From contig JBGVTE010000091.1 of assembly GCA_041862375.1 (NCBI GenBank), positions 18,975-82,974 on the forward strand: a stretch of 64,000 nucleotides of DNA, in the 5' to 3' direction. The position numbers and the translations under genes were made by a program. This document shows positions 25,611 to 35,375 of the stretch, piece after piece. Numbering within the stretch: position 1 is the first letter of the stretch; each line of letters starts with the position of its first letter. The notes below the pieces were generated by a model that was not told where the DNA came from, made no database searches, and saw nothing but the letters and a program-made list of their open reading frames with translations. The stretch comes from Candidatus Aminicenantaceae bacterium. GTDB taxonomy: Bacteria > Acidobacteriota > Aminicenantia > Aminicenantales > Aminicenantaceae.

Positions 25611-27236
25611 TTGTCCACTGAAAACAAATACAACAAAGACGAAATTCATGAGCTCATTTCAAAGGGAAAGAAGCAGGGTTATCTTCTATTTGAGGAAATC
25701 GATAAAACTTTTCAAAGCGATATTGGATCTAACGAAAGCTTCGACGACTTTCTCAGTTCTATGGATGATTATGGGATTAAAATCCTCGATACAAAACAAA
25801 AGGAGATTGTGCCTAAGAAAAAAAAGAGAAGTAGTCTTGTTTCACTTCACGGTTTAGAGCGAACTACTGATCCTGTGAAGCTCTATTTAAGAGAAATGGG
25901 CAATATTTCCCTGTTAACTCGAGAGGGAGAAATCGCAATCGCCAAAGAAATAGAAAGAGGTGAAAAAGCAATAATCAATGCTCTCTCAAAGACACGACTT
26001 GTCTTGAATGAAATTCTTTTGTTCCAAGATAAGATAAGAGATGATCCAATAATTCTTCAGGAAATGTTTGAGTTCATTGAAGACGACATCACTGAAGAAA
26101 AGCTCGAAGAGAAAAAGGACGAAATTTTAGAAAAAATTAAAAGAATCAAAAATTTAAGTGGAAAATTAGATAAAATTCCTCTGAAAAAAAAGAATCTATT
26201 CAGTCGAGGCCGGATAATTGTCAACATGAGCAAGATCATAAGGGAGCTTAATTTCCGCCCCAGCCATAGAGAAAAAATTATCAGCAACCTTCGAAAAAAG
26301 CTTCAGATAATAAACGAATTAGAAGATATTAAAGAAGAATTCAATGTAGCTTTGAGCCAGACTAAGCGTAAAAGAGAAACAGAATCTTTAAAATCAAAAA
26401 TCAAAGAAGTCAATAAACAGTTAAGATTTCATAATAAAGAAATAGGCCTCAACTCTCAAGGCTTAAGGAAAATAGTCCGCTCCATCACTACTGGAAAAAA
26501 GGTAAGCGATCAGGCGAAAAAAGAATTAGTTGCCGCTAATCTCAGGCTGGTCGTTTCTATTGCTAAAAAATACAGCAACCGGGGACTTCAGTTTCTCGAC
26601 TTGATACAAGAAGGAAACATGGGTTTAATGAAGGCAGTAGGGAAATTCGAGTACAGGCGAGGATATAAATTCTCAACATACGCAACGTGGTGGATCAGGC
26701 AGGCTATTACTCGAGCTATTGCCGACCAGGCTCGGACTATTAGAATACCAGTCCACATGATAGAGACTATAAATAAATTAATTAGAGTATCAAGAAGTCT
26801 TGTTCAAGAAATAGGAAGAGAGCCGACGTGCGAGGAAATTGCAAAAAAGATGGATATGCCGGTTAACAAAGTGAGAAAAATTATAAAAATTGCCCAGGAA
26901 CCGATTTCTCTCGAAACTCCAATAGGAGAAGAAGAAGACAGTCACCTGGGAGATTTCATAGAAGACAAAGTATTGCCTTCACCCCCCGATACAGTTATCC
27001 ATATCAATCTGAAAGAACAGATTGAAGAAGCTTTAAAAACTCTAACTGAAAGAGAAAGTAAAGTTTTAAAAATGAGGTTCGGATTAGGAGATGGAAATGA
27101 ACATACTCTAGAGGAAGTGGGGCAGCAATTTAAGGTTACTCGTGAGAGAATAAGGCAAATTGAAGCAAAAGCTTTGAGAAAATTAAAGCATCCAAGCCGG
27201 AGTCGTAGACTCAAATCTTTTACTGACGATTCTTAA
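25611..27236 (+). CDS. rpoD: RNA polymerase sigma-70 factor
   Basis: Region 1.2 ([11 protein letters not shown]). Region 2 ([54 protein letters not shown]). Region 4 ([15 protein letters not shown]...[28 protein letters not shown]). Confidence 0.95.
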   Translation: MSTENKYNKDEIHELISKGKKQGYLLFEEIDKTFQSDIGSNESFDDFLSSMDDYGIKILDTKQKEIVPKKKKRSSLVSLHGLERTTDPVKLYLREMGNISLLTREGEIAIAKEIERGEKAIINALSKTRLVLNEILLFQDKIRDDPIILQEMFEFIEDDITEEKLEEKKDEILEKIKRIKNLSGKLDKIPLKKKNLFSRGRIIVNMSKIIRELNFRPSHREKIISNLRKKLQIINELEDIKEEFNVALSQTKRKRETESLKSKIKEVNKQLRFHNKEIGLNSQGLRKIVRSITTGKKVSDQAKKELVAANLRLVVSIAKKYSNRGLQFLDLIQEGNMGLMKAVGKFEYRRGYKFSTYATWWIRQAITRAIADQARTIRIPVHMIETINKLIRVSRSLVQEIGREPTCEEIAKKMDMPVNKVRKIIKIAQEPISLETPIGEEEDSHLGDFIEDKVLPSPPDTVIHINLKEQIEEALKTLTERESKVLKMRFGLGDGNEHTLEEVGQQFKVTRERIRQIEAKALRKLKHPSRSRRLKSFTDDS

Positions 27237-27436
27237 TCCAGTACTTCCCTAAATCTCTAATTCAGCAAACCTAGTCTTCCTTTCCCTGACAACTTGTAGA
27301 TTGAGGTGATCCCAATATCGAATATATCATTTACTTACAGAACTAATTTTCCTTTTATCTATCATTTAGCCTACAGGCATACCCCTCATCTCCATATTGG
27401 TCGCTATCCCAAATAGCTTATAATTTTTATCTTTCA

Positions 27437-27478
27437 TTTTTTATTATAAGACAACAGCGAGGTCTTTTTATTTTTTTG
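27437..27478. repeat. Left copy of ~40-bp direct repeat (TTTATTATAAGACAACAGCGAGGTCTTTTTATTTTTTTG) bounding the island
   Basis: Near-identical copy at 34431-34475, 38/41 identical by eye. Confidence 0.55.
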
Positions 27479-27509
27479 ACGGTGTATCAGGGTCAAAATC
27501 TTGTTCCAG

Positions 27510-27545
27510 AAAATCCTTCGCTGGCAGCACAGCGGTCAAAAGATA
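27510..27545 (+). mobile_element. Short remnant of transposase-like gene (KILRWQHSG... segment)
   Basis: aaaatccttcgctggcagcacagcgg matches 34237-34262 and is paralogous to 30335-30360. Confidence 0.35.
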
Positions 27546-27667
27546 ATTTTTAAGTATGAATACTCCCCTGATTTTGTCGAAATTTACCTAAATTAAAACA
27601 CTCTCATAAGATAATTACGATTCAGCTTCCAGGTCTGTTTATAAAAGGAGGGTATAATTGTCCTTAC

Positions 27668-30007
27668 TTACTCGTAGCGGATGGAGTCGACCGGGTCGGC
27701 CAGGGCGGTCTTGATGACCTGATAGCTTATTGTGATCAACGCCACAACAAAGGTAAAAGCAACCGTCGCCACAACCACTCCCGCATCCAACTGTGTCCGG
27801 GATACAAACATGTTCAGGAACTTCCTGGCAGTAAAGTAGGCAACGGGAACAGCGATCAGATTGGCCGCCATAATGACCTTAAAGAACTTCCACGATAACA
27901 GGAACACAACTCCAGGCACGGAGGCTCCCAGGACTTTACGGATGCCTATCTCTTTTCTCCTCTGTTCCAAAAGGAGCGAGGCTAGACCAAATAATCCCAG
28001 ACAGGAGATAAACACAGCTAAGAAAGCAAAGCTGTTAAAGATTGTATTCATAATCTTCAAAGGAACATAGAGCATCTCAAACCAATCATCGAGGAATTGG
28101 TACCAGAACGGGAATCCCGGTGATACATCCTTGAAGACCTTCTCAATATAGGTCAGGCTCCCGGGAATATCTTCAGGGCTGATTTTAATAAGAAGGTCGT
28201 AAAACCAGCTGGGCCGAATACCCATAACCATTGGAGAAATATCAAAGATAAGCGGCTTATGGTTGAAATCCTTGACTACACCAATGATTCTTCCTTCTCT
28301 GCCGGCCAGAGCTACCCGCTTCCCGATCGGATTCGTCATTCCCATAAAACGAACTGCCGATTCATTTACCACATAAGCCTCTGAAGCGTCTGTCGTGTAT
28401 TCCTCTGAAAAATCCCGCCCCTGCACGATCTCCAGGCCAAATGTTTCTGCGTAATCATGGTCGACATACAGAAAATTCAATTCCACTTCCTTATCTGTTT
28501 CCATGCCCTCCCACTCGAAATCATTGACATTGAACAAGAAGTGGGGGGGAGCCGAGGCAAAAGTAACATTAAGGATACGCGGGTCTTGCAGCAGCTTGTC
28601 TTTAAAGGTTTTATGGGAGTCTCTTAACTCATCGTTCATCAGAATATGTACGATCTGCTCACGCGAGAAACCGAACTCGGTGTTTCGGATGTATTGCATT
28701 TGTTTATAGGCGACTACAGTCATGATGATCAGCAGCACAGATACAGAAAATTGGCTGACAACCAGAACAGTCCGTAGAGCGGCCCCCTTGCGGCCTCTGC
28801 TGGTATCCCTCTTTAAAACCCTGACAGGCTGAAAAGAGGAGAGAAATAATGCCGGATAACTCCCTGCAACAAAGCCAGTGACAACAGCCGCCACAACAAG
28901 CGAAAGGAAAATGAACATATTTCCAGAACCTAGAAGGGACATCTCTTTGCCTTGAATCCTGTTGAACACCGGAAGGAAAAGATCAACGAGAAAAACTGCC
29001 AGACAGAATGATATCAATGAGAGAAGCACAGATTCTCCCAGGAACTGCTTGATGATATCCGACCTTCTGGCACCGACCACTTTTCGTATCCCTACTTCCA
29101 GAGCACGGATACCGGAGTGGGCCGTTGTGATATTCATAAAGTTGACGCAGGCGATAGCCAGGATCATGACCGCGATCACGGCAAAAATAATAACAAATCT
29201 CTTATCACTACGGCCTCCCTGCATGATGTTCAAGTGGGCCTCTTTTATGGGCTGAAGAGTGACGGTATAGTCATCTTCTGGATGGTATTTCTGGATTGTG
29301 CCGGCGATCTTGCGGTTGATCTCCTCAACAGAAACCCTTTCCTGAAGCTGAACGTAAGCATCGGCCTCGCGCCACCAGGAAGAAAGCCGTTCGCTGTTAA
29401 AAACCTGGAGTGAGGCCATGAAGTCAAACTGAAGGTGCGAATTGTAGGGGACTTTTTCTATGACGCCGGTTACCTCGAGATCTTGTGTGTTGTTCCAGCG
29501 GAGGATTTTTCCCATGGGATCTTCTTCACCAAAATATCTTTGAGCCGCCTCTTTTGTGACTACCACAGAATTCTGATTATTTAAGGCTGTCTTCGGATTC
29601 CCTGTGACAAAATCATAAGAGAACATTGAGAAAAAAGAAGGATCGGTAAAAAAGAACCGCTGTTCATAGAAAGTGATATCGCCGTGCTTGACAGCACTGG
29701 GATAGGCACGGGTCCTGACTCGGGTTACCTCAGCAATTTCAGGATATTCTTCCTTGAGGATTTTAGGCAGAATATAGGGAGTACTGGGCATTCCCAGATC
29801 ACCCGGATCGTCGGCTTTCTTGAGAATGATGCGAAATAGCCGGTTGCTGTTGGTGTGGAACGTATCATAGTTCAGTTCGTCATAAACCCAGAGGAAGATG
29901 AGGATAAAGCAAGCCATCGCCACAGTCAGGCCAGCTATATTGATGAGGGAATAAACTTTGTATCTCCTGATGTTCCTGAAAGCGATCTTGAGGTAGTTTT
30001 TAAACAT
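27668..30007 (-). CDS. FtsX/MacB-type ABC transporter permease (two FtsX domains, no ATPase domain)
   Basis: N-terminal MFKNYLKIAFRNIRRYKVYSLINIAGLTVAMACFILIF TM1. Large periplasmic domains. C-terminal ...DSIRYE. Markedly GC-richer codon usage than flanking genes. Confidence 0.8.
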   Translation of the reverse strand: MFKNYLKIAFRNIRRYKVYSLINIAGLTVAMACFILIFLWVYDELNYDTFHTNSNRLFRIILKKADDPGDLGMPSTPYILPKILKEEYPEIAEVTRVRTRAYPSAVKHGDITFYEQRFFFTDPSFFSMFSYDFVTGNPKTALNNQNSVVVTKEAAQRYFGEEDPMGKILRWNNTQDLEVTGVIEKVPYNSHLQFDFMASLQVFNSERLSSWWREADAYVQLQERVSVEEINRKIAGTIQKYHPEDDYTVTLQPIKEAHLNIMQGGRSDKRFVIIFAVIAVMILAIACVNFMNITTAHSGIRALEVGIRKVVGARRSDIIKQFLGESVLLSLISFCLAVFLVDLFLPVFNRIQGKEMSLLGSGNMFIFLSLVVAAVVTGFVAGSYPALFLSSFQPVRVLKRDTSRGRKGAALRTVLVVSQFSVSVLLIIMTVVAYKQMQYIRNTEFGFSREQIVHILMNDELRDSHKTFKDKLLQDPRILNVTFASAPPHFLFNVNDFEWEGMETDKEVELNFLYVDHDYAETFGLEIVQGRDFSEEYTTDASEAYVVNESAVRFMGMTNPIGKRVALAGREGRIIGVVKDFNHKPLIFDISPMVMGIRPSWFYDLLIKISPEDIPGSLTYIEKVFKDVSPGFPFWYQFLDDWFEMLYVPLKIMNTIFNSFAFLAVFISCLGLFGLASLLLEQRRKEIGIRKVLGASVPGVVFLLSWKFFKVIMAANLIAVPVAYFTARKFLNMFVSRTQLDAGVVVATVAFTFVVALITISYQVIKTALADPVDSIRYE

Positions 30008-30271
30008 GCTGGCTCCTGTTTCCGAGAGTCCTAAAGGATAACATGATTTTCTGTCTATAAATAAGCAAAATTCATGCCATATTAAAATACTGATAAGAAA
30101 GCCTTATAATAAGGAAAAAATGAGATTTCAATGTCCGAAATAGGGCACAAAGCGTTCATTCTCGAACAGACACAGAAATTTAAGAGCTCATATGATGTCT
30201 CGATCTGTGAAAAGGCCAGTTCCATAAATTATCCTTCTTTGATTAGAGCCTGCAAGCAAAGTTTTTCTCGC

Positions 30272-30452
30272 GGGAGGTTTTTTCCATGTCGATGCACGAA
30301 GGACTCATCAACCTGGAAATCGTGCAAAAGATCTTGAGCTGGCGACACACAGGTTTCAATGTTCACACTAAAGTCAGGACTACAACTAAGAGAGAAGCAG
30401 AGAGAGTCGGCAACAAGCGCAAAAACCAAATTCTTATCCCTAAATAAATTGG
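30272..30452 (+). mobile_element. Internal fragment of transposase-like gene (paralogue of 33914-34313; IS91/HUH family by inference from that copy)
   Basis: Translation REVFSMSMHEGLINLEIVQKILSWRHTGFNVHTK... parallels the C-terminus of the 33914 fragment and the remnant at 27510. Lies in the divergent intergenic region between the two permeases. Confidence 0.4.
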
Positions 30453-30619
30453 AAAATAGTCAAATCAAGTCGTGCTTCTGATTGTTCGCATCTGGACACC
30501 GCATGTTTCGTAAGCGAACACAACCTCATGTTAAATCCTTGTAATTCGCGAATCGTTCCCTGATGAGGAGAAATGGTACATATCTTGCAAATGATTGGAG
30601 CTGGAGGCGATGAGATGAA

Positions 30620-33022
30620 ATGTTTAAAAATTATTTAAAGATCGCTTTACGAAACCTGTCCAAACAAAAGATCTTTTCAGCTATCAACATACTGGGTTTG
30701 GCTGTGGGCCTGGCCGGAGCCATTCTGACCTTCCTTTTCGTCCAGAATGAACTGTCTTACGACCGGTTTCATGAAAACGAGGAGAACCTGTACCGCCTTC
30801 ACACCTTATGGCACAAGGAAGATGGGAGCATTGAAAGGGCCTGGAAAAGCGTCACTATGCCCATGGGGCCAGTTGTGGAAGAGTATTTTCCAGAAGTCAC
30901 GTACTCCATCCGTGTCTCAAATGATTATGCCACTATTAAGACAGGAGGAAATCTCTATAACGAAAGAATCACTCAAGTGGATAAGCCTTTCTTCAAGGCT
31001 TTTTCATTTCCTCTGATAATGGGCGATCCTTCTTCCGTGTTCTCGCAGGATTACTCCATGGTCCTCACAGAAGACCACGCCCGGAAATATTTCGGAGACG
31101 CCAATCCTATCGGTAAAACCTTAATCCTGATCCACGGACAGGAACAGAGCGAATTTGTGGTGACCGGAGTGGCCGAACAACCTCCTTCAAACTCATCCAT
31201 CTCCTTCGACATCTTGATCGATATAGAAAGCGCGAACAGGCTGAACATAAACGTCAGGTGGCTTGATAACTGGGGCGGCTTCGCATGGCAGACTTATGTG
31301 CTGGTTCAGAGCAGAAGCTCCGTGGACAGCTTGCTGCAGAGATTTCCTGGCTTTATTGACCAGTATTATGCTTCCTTCATCGAGAATTACCGGACGCGGA
31401 GAAATTGGAAAAGTGAAGTATCGCCGGTCTCATTCGGACTCCAGCCCATAACGCGTGTTCACCTTGACCCCCAGGTCAAGGGATCTCTCAATCTGAGCGC
31501 CATATTCATTCTCAGCGGAATAGCCTTCATTGTTCTGTTTATCGCCTGCGTCAATTTTATGAACCTGTCCATTGGCCTGGCTTCAACACGGTCATTAGAG
31601 GTCGGTATGCGCAAGGTCCTGGGCGCAGAGCGCCGGCAGCTCATCCGCCAGTTCTGGGGAGAATTTTTAGTCACAACCGGGATCGCCATGATGGCGGGTC
31701 TCGCCCTGGCTGAGATCATGCTGCCGATATTCAACCGCCTGTCCGGCAAGAGCCTGAGTCTGAGAGAAATATTTCAGCCTGCCAATTTCTTGATCCTGCT
31801 GGCCCTGTTCATCATCGCGGGAATCGCCTCAGGAAGTTACCCGGCTTTGGTCATGTCCAGGTTCCAGCCGGTGGAAATCCTCAGAGGAAAGCTGAGAATC
31901 GGAGGGAAAAATCCCATAACCAGAGTCCTGCTCGTCGTCCAGTTTGCTCTTTCCGTTTTCCTCATCATCGCCACGATCATCATGGGGCGCCAGATCCATT
32001 TCATGCTCACTGCAGATCCCGGCTTCAACAAGGAAGGTATCGTGGCTGTCCAAACCCAGGAGCCGGAGGCCGAGGCCAGCAATGTAGCCCTTAAACTCTT
32101 TAGAGATCGTCTGAGTCAGCAGCCGAATATCGTTTCCATTTCAGGGACAACTGTTCGCTTCGGCGATGTGGCCGCCTATCCCATTGAGAAAGACGGCCGT
32201 GAAATCAATGTCTACCAGAACCGCGTGGATTATGATTTTTTCAAGACCATGGGTATCGAAGTGGTTCAAGGACGCACCTTCTCTCCTGAATTGGCCACTG
32301 ATGTTGATGGTGTGGTCGTAAACGAGAAACTAATCAAAGAGCTGGGGATAGAAGATCCCATAGGCAAACCGCTCAGGGGGTATTACATACCCCTGACGAT
32401 CATCGGTGTGGTCAGGGATTACATCACTGCGGATTTCCGGAACGATATCCTCCCGGCCCTGCTTCACATCAAGCCCGACTGGAGGATTAGAACCATACTG
32501 GTGCGGATATCCCCTCAGAACATCTCCGAAACCATATCGCTGCTAGAAAGAACCTGGGAGGAAATCCAGCCGAATAAATCCTTCCTCTACTCCTTCCTGG
32601 ATGAGTGGATGGAAGCCATGTACAGCGAGGAGAAAAGGTGGGGAGCGATCGTTGGGTATTCCACTGGGCTGGCAGTACTTATCGCCTGTATGGGCATCTT
32701 CGGCCTGACATCCATCACGGTGAACCAAAGGACTAAAGAGATTGGCATCCGAAAAGTCCTGGGCGCGAATGTCCCTCAGATCATCTATACATTAATCAAG
32801 GAATTCATCTTGTTGGTGGGTATCGCCAACATAATCGGCTGGCCTTTAGCCTATCTCGCTATGAGGACTCTGCTCAACAATTATTACTTCCGCATTTCCT
32901 TAGGACCCCAGTATTTCCTCTTGGCTGGAGTCCTATCCTTTTCTGTCGCAGTACTCACAACAGCCTTCCTGGCTGTCCGGGCGGCTGTGGCCAATCCTGT
33001 GGACTCACTCAGGTATGAATGA
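30620..33022 (+). CDS. FtsX/MacB-type ABC transporter permease, paralogue of 27668-30007
   Basis: N-terminal MFKNYLKIALRNLSKQKIFSAINILGLAVG. C-terminal ...DSLRYE. GC-rich like its paralogue. Divergently oriented. Confidence 0.8.
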   Translation: MFKNYLKIALRNLSKQKIFSAINILGLAVGLAGAILTFLFVQNELSYDRFHENEENLYRLHTLWHKEDGSIERAWKSVTMPMGPVVEEYFPEVTYSIRVSNDYATIKTGGNLYNERITQVDKPFFKAFSFPLIMGDPSSVFSQDYSMVLTEDHARKYFGDANPIGKTLILIHGQEQSEFVVTGVAEQPPSNSSISFDILIDIESANRLNINVRWLDNWGGFAWQTYVLVQSRSSVDSLLQRFPGFIDQYYASFIENYRTRRNWKSEVSPVSFGLQPITRVHLDPQVKGSLNLSAIFILSGIAFIVLFIACVNFMNLSIGLASTRSLEVGMRKVLGAERRQLIRQFWGEFLVTTGIAMMAGLALAEIMLPIFNRLSGKSLSLREIFQPANFLILLALFIIAGIASGSYPALVMSRFQPVEILRGKLRIGGKNPITRVLLVVQFALSVFLIIATIIMGRQIHFMLTADPGFNKEGIVAVQTQEPEAEASNVALKLFRDRLSQQPNIVSISGTTVRFGDVAAYPIEKDGREINVYQNRVDYDFFKTMGIEVVQGRTFSPELATDVDGVVVNEKLIKELGIEDPIGKPLRGYYIPLTIIGVVRDYITADFRNDILPALLHIKPDWRIRTILVRISPQNISETISLLERTWEEIQPNKSFLYSFLDEWMEAMYSEEKRWGAIVGYSTGLAVLIACMGIFGLTSITVNQRTKEIGIRKVLGANVPQIIYTLIKEFILLVGIANIIGWPLAYLAMRTLLNNYYFRISLGPQYFLLAGVLSFSVAVLTTAFLAVRAAVANPVDSLRYE

Positions 33023-33185
33023 TTGGAATGCAGTCACTCAACCCAGCCAGCCTCTTCCTGGCATCTTCAACCTCAGGAAGTTCTGGTCAGCATTTTTCCA
33101 GAAGTCGAGGAATTTCTGGTAATGTTCTATAGCTTTAAGTGTCAATTAAACAATTCATCCGATAAACCTTTAAAAGCATATATTC

Positions 33186-33734
33186 TTGAACATGCCGTAT
33201 GACTGTGATATAAAAAGCTTAAAAGTGGAAAAAACACTCAAAGTCATAAATGAATTAAAGAATAAGAAAGCTATTTCTGATTATGCTATTGGCGGAGGGA
33301 TTGCTGTTTTGTATTATGTCGAACCTTTGCTGACCTATGATTTAGACATTTTTTTTATTCCCATTGAAGCAAGCCTTAATGTTCTTGCTCCAATTTATAA
33401 ATATATGAGAGGAAGAGGTTATAAAATCCAAAGGGAACATATCTTAATCGAGGGAGTCCCGACACAGTTCATCCCTGTATATAATGAGCTCATAAAAGAG
33501 GCTGTTCAAAATTCGACTGAAGTAGAATATGGAAAAACAAAAACAAAAGTCTTGAGCCTAGAGTACCTTGTTGCTGTAATGCTTCAGACATATCGAGCTA
33601 AAGATAGGGAGAGAATCATAAAAATATTTGAAGAGGTGAAAGTTAATCTGAATTTCTTGAGAAAGTTATTAAAGAAACACAACCTAGATGAAAAATACGC
33701 TAAATTCAGAGGATTGTACTTTGAGGGAAAATGA
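33186..33734 (+). CDS. Nucleotidyltransferase-fold protein (minimal NTase motif GGG-x13-DLD)
   Basis: AIGGGIAVLYYVEPLLTYDLDIFF fits the hG[GS]...DhD pol-beta-type NTase signature. AT-rich gene inside the island. Confidence 0.4.
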   Translation: MNMPYDCDIKSLKVEKTLKVINELKNKKAISDYAIGGGIAVLYYVEPLLTYDLDIFFIPIEASLNVLAPIYKYMRGRGYKIQREHILIEGVPTQFIPVYNELIKEAVQNSTEVEYGKTKTKVLSLEYLVAVMLQTYRAKDRERIIKIFEEVKVNLNFLRKLLKKHNLDEKYAKFRGLYFEGK

Positions 33735-33894
33735 TATCTTGAGAAATATCTTCAGGGAAAAAAACCTGAGAAGGAAAGAGCTTTCAAAGCTACCCTTTGA
33801 GAGAAAGATTGAAATACTTCTACAGCTTCAAAAAATGGCAAAAGGAGTAAAAAAGCCGAAGGGAAAGAAAAACAGAATTATCTGGGATATCTGA
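33688..33894 (+). CDS. Small basic hypothetical ORF overlapping the NTase gene 3' end in another frame
   Basis: ORF only (68 aa, KKPKGKKNRIIWDI tail). Could be a partner or antitoxin-like gene, or spurious. Confidence 0.2.
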   Translation: MKNTLNSEDCTLRENDILRNIFREKNLRRKELSKLPFERKIEILLQLQKMAKGVKKPKGKKNRIIWDI

Positions 33895-33913
33895 TTAGTT
33901 ATACATAGTACCT

Positions 33914-34313
33914 TTGGAGGGGCGGGCGACAGAATTCTTTGAGGGTATAAGCTCTAATCTCTGTCTCTGCGGAAAAGGTGCAATTCTGAAATACTTCAGC
34001 GCTGTAACAAGCAAGGAGATTGCTCCCGGGACTATTGCCTTCATGCAGTCTTTCTGGTCAAAAATCAATTTTCATCCCCACCCACACTTTCTCCTCACTG
34101 AGAGAGGAGAAGATCAAGATGGACATTTCCATAAAATCTCAAGCTTCGATGAGAGCCTGATAGCTGAATTCTTCTCCAGAGAGGTTTTTTCCATGTTACT
34201 GCACAAAGAGCTCGTCAATCTTGAGCTTGTATAAAATCCTTCGCTGGCAGCGCACAGGTCTCAACGTGCACAGCAAAGTCAGAGCAAAAACCAAATTCCT
34301 ATCCCTCAAGAGA
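33914..34313 (+). mobile_element. Decayed IS91/HUH-family (rolling-circle) transposase gene fragment
   Basis: The 106-aa ORF contains INFHPHPHFLLTERGEDQDG, resembling the HUH His-hydrophobic-His block of IS91-family transposases. Its 3' part continues past a stop with homology to 30272-30452 and 27510-27545. Confidence 0.4.
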
Positions 34314-34395
34314 CGTTATCCCTCTATCCTTTTTGTCTTCTTCATACTTGAATGGGAGTGTTCTTTGTGACATGCTTTATTCACCTCGCTGGTTT

Positions 34396-34423
34396 TCTTC
34401 ACCCATTGGGTGAAGGTTTTTTA
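34396..34423 (+). terminator. Rho-independent terminator-like hairpin
   Basis: cttcacccattgggtgaag is a perfect palindromic stem, followed by gttttttat. Confidence 0.45.
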
Positions 34424-34430
34424 TGTTGCT

Positions 34431-34475
34431 TTCTTTTATTATTATAAGACAACAACGAGGTCTTTTTATTTTTTT
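34431..34475. repeat. Right copy of ~40-bp direct repeat bounding the island, 66 bp upstream of tRNA-CAT
   Basis: tcttttattattataagacaacaacgaggtctttttatttttttg versus the 27437-27478 copy. Confidence 0.55.
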
Positions 34476-34541
34476 GCCAGTGGATGAGGGACAAGCCTGT
34501 GTAATTGACTTGGAATGTGATATCTGCTATAAAAAATCTAG

Positions 34542-34613
34542 GGGCCTATAGCTCAGCGGTAGAGCCACCGGCTCATAACCGGCAGGTCCCAGGTTCGAAT
34601 CCTGGTAGGCCCA
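34542..34613 (+). tRNA. tRNA with CAT anticodon (elongator tRNA-Met or lysidine tRNA-Ile2)
   Basis: GGGCCTATAGCTCAGCGGTAGAGCCACCGGCTCATAACCGGCAGGTCCCAGGTTCGAATCCTGGTAGGCCCA. Acceptor GGGCCTA/TAGGCCC with G1-C72 paired, so not initiator. Anticodon loop CTCATAA. T-arm CCAGG-TTCGAAT-CCTGG. Confidence 0.85.
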
Positions 34614-34634
34614 TTTTCCATTTGAGGCAAAGAT

Positions 34635-35348
34635 GTGGAAATTGAGTTTGAGAATCTAATCGACCTTCAAGAACTTGATAAAAAAATACTCAACATCTCT
34701 GCTATTCTTGAAAATACACCTCCCCAAATAACAGAAATAGACAAAAAAATTGATGCCAGTGCTAAAATGGTTGCTGATGCCAAGGAAAAACTTGCTCAAA
34801 ACCAGAAAAAGAGAAGGGATTTAGAGAGTAAAGCTAAAGATCTAAAAGCGCAGATTTCAAGGTACAAAACTCAGCTTAATGAAGTAAAAACAAACAGAGA
34901 ATACAGTTCTCTTCTAAAAGAGATCGATGAAGCTCAAAAGCAGATTGATAAGATTGAAGACGAAATTATCAGTGAAATGCTCAATGCAGATGATATTGAG
35001 GAAGAAATAAAGGCAGTAACTCAAAAATACAACAAAGAGCAAAATAAATTACAGAAAGAAAAGGAAGCCATCTCTCAAAAGAAAAAAGAGTTAGAAATCC
35101 GAAGTAAAGAATTAGCTCAAGAAAGAGAAAAACTCATACATAAAATCCCTCCACCTCAGACCAAAATCTATTTCGAGATTTTTAAAAAATTAAACGGAGT
35201 TGCCCTTTCTCCAGTAAAGGATGAGCACTGTTCAATGTGCAATGTGCGAGTCAGGCCTCAAGTTCTCAATGAATTGAGAGACAGGGTAGATATTATATTA
35301 TGTGAAAATTGTGGCCGTGTACTCTATTTGTCTAAAAAATCAGGTTAA
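34635..35348 (+). CDS. COG1579-like coiled-coil protein with C-terminal C4 zinc ribbon
   Basis: Long heptad-rich N-terminus. C-terminal CSMCNVRV...CENCGRVLY. GTG start. Confidence 0.55.
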   Translation: MEIEFENLIDLQELDKKILNISAILENTPPQITEIDKKIDASAKMVADAKEKLAQNQKKRRDLESKAKDLKAQISRYKTQLNEVKTNREYSSLLKEIDEAQKQIDKIEDEIISEMLNADDIEEEIKAVTQKYNKEQNKLQKEKEAISQKKKELEIRSKELAQEREKLIHKIPPPQTKIYFEIFKKLNGVALSPVKDEHCSMCNVRVRPQVLNELRDRVDIILCENCGRVLYLSKKSG

Positions 35349-35375
35349 GTAACGGCTTAAAGTAAAATTTCCCGT

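Larger units (their letters stand above)
27437..34475. mobile_element. Putative ~7-kb horizontally acquired island adjacent to tRNA-CAT
   Basis: Bounded by ~40-bp direct repeats. Contains two GC-rich FtsX/MacB permease paralogues in an otherwise AT-rich context. Three decayed copies of a transposase-like gene (IS91/HUH-family by inference). An NTase-fold gene. Terminator hairpin at 34396. Confidence 0.5.
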
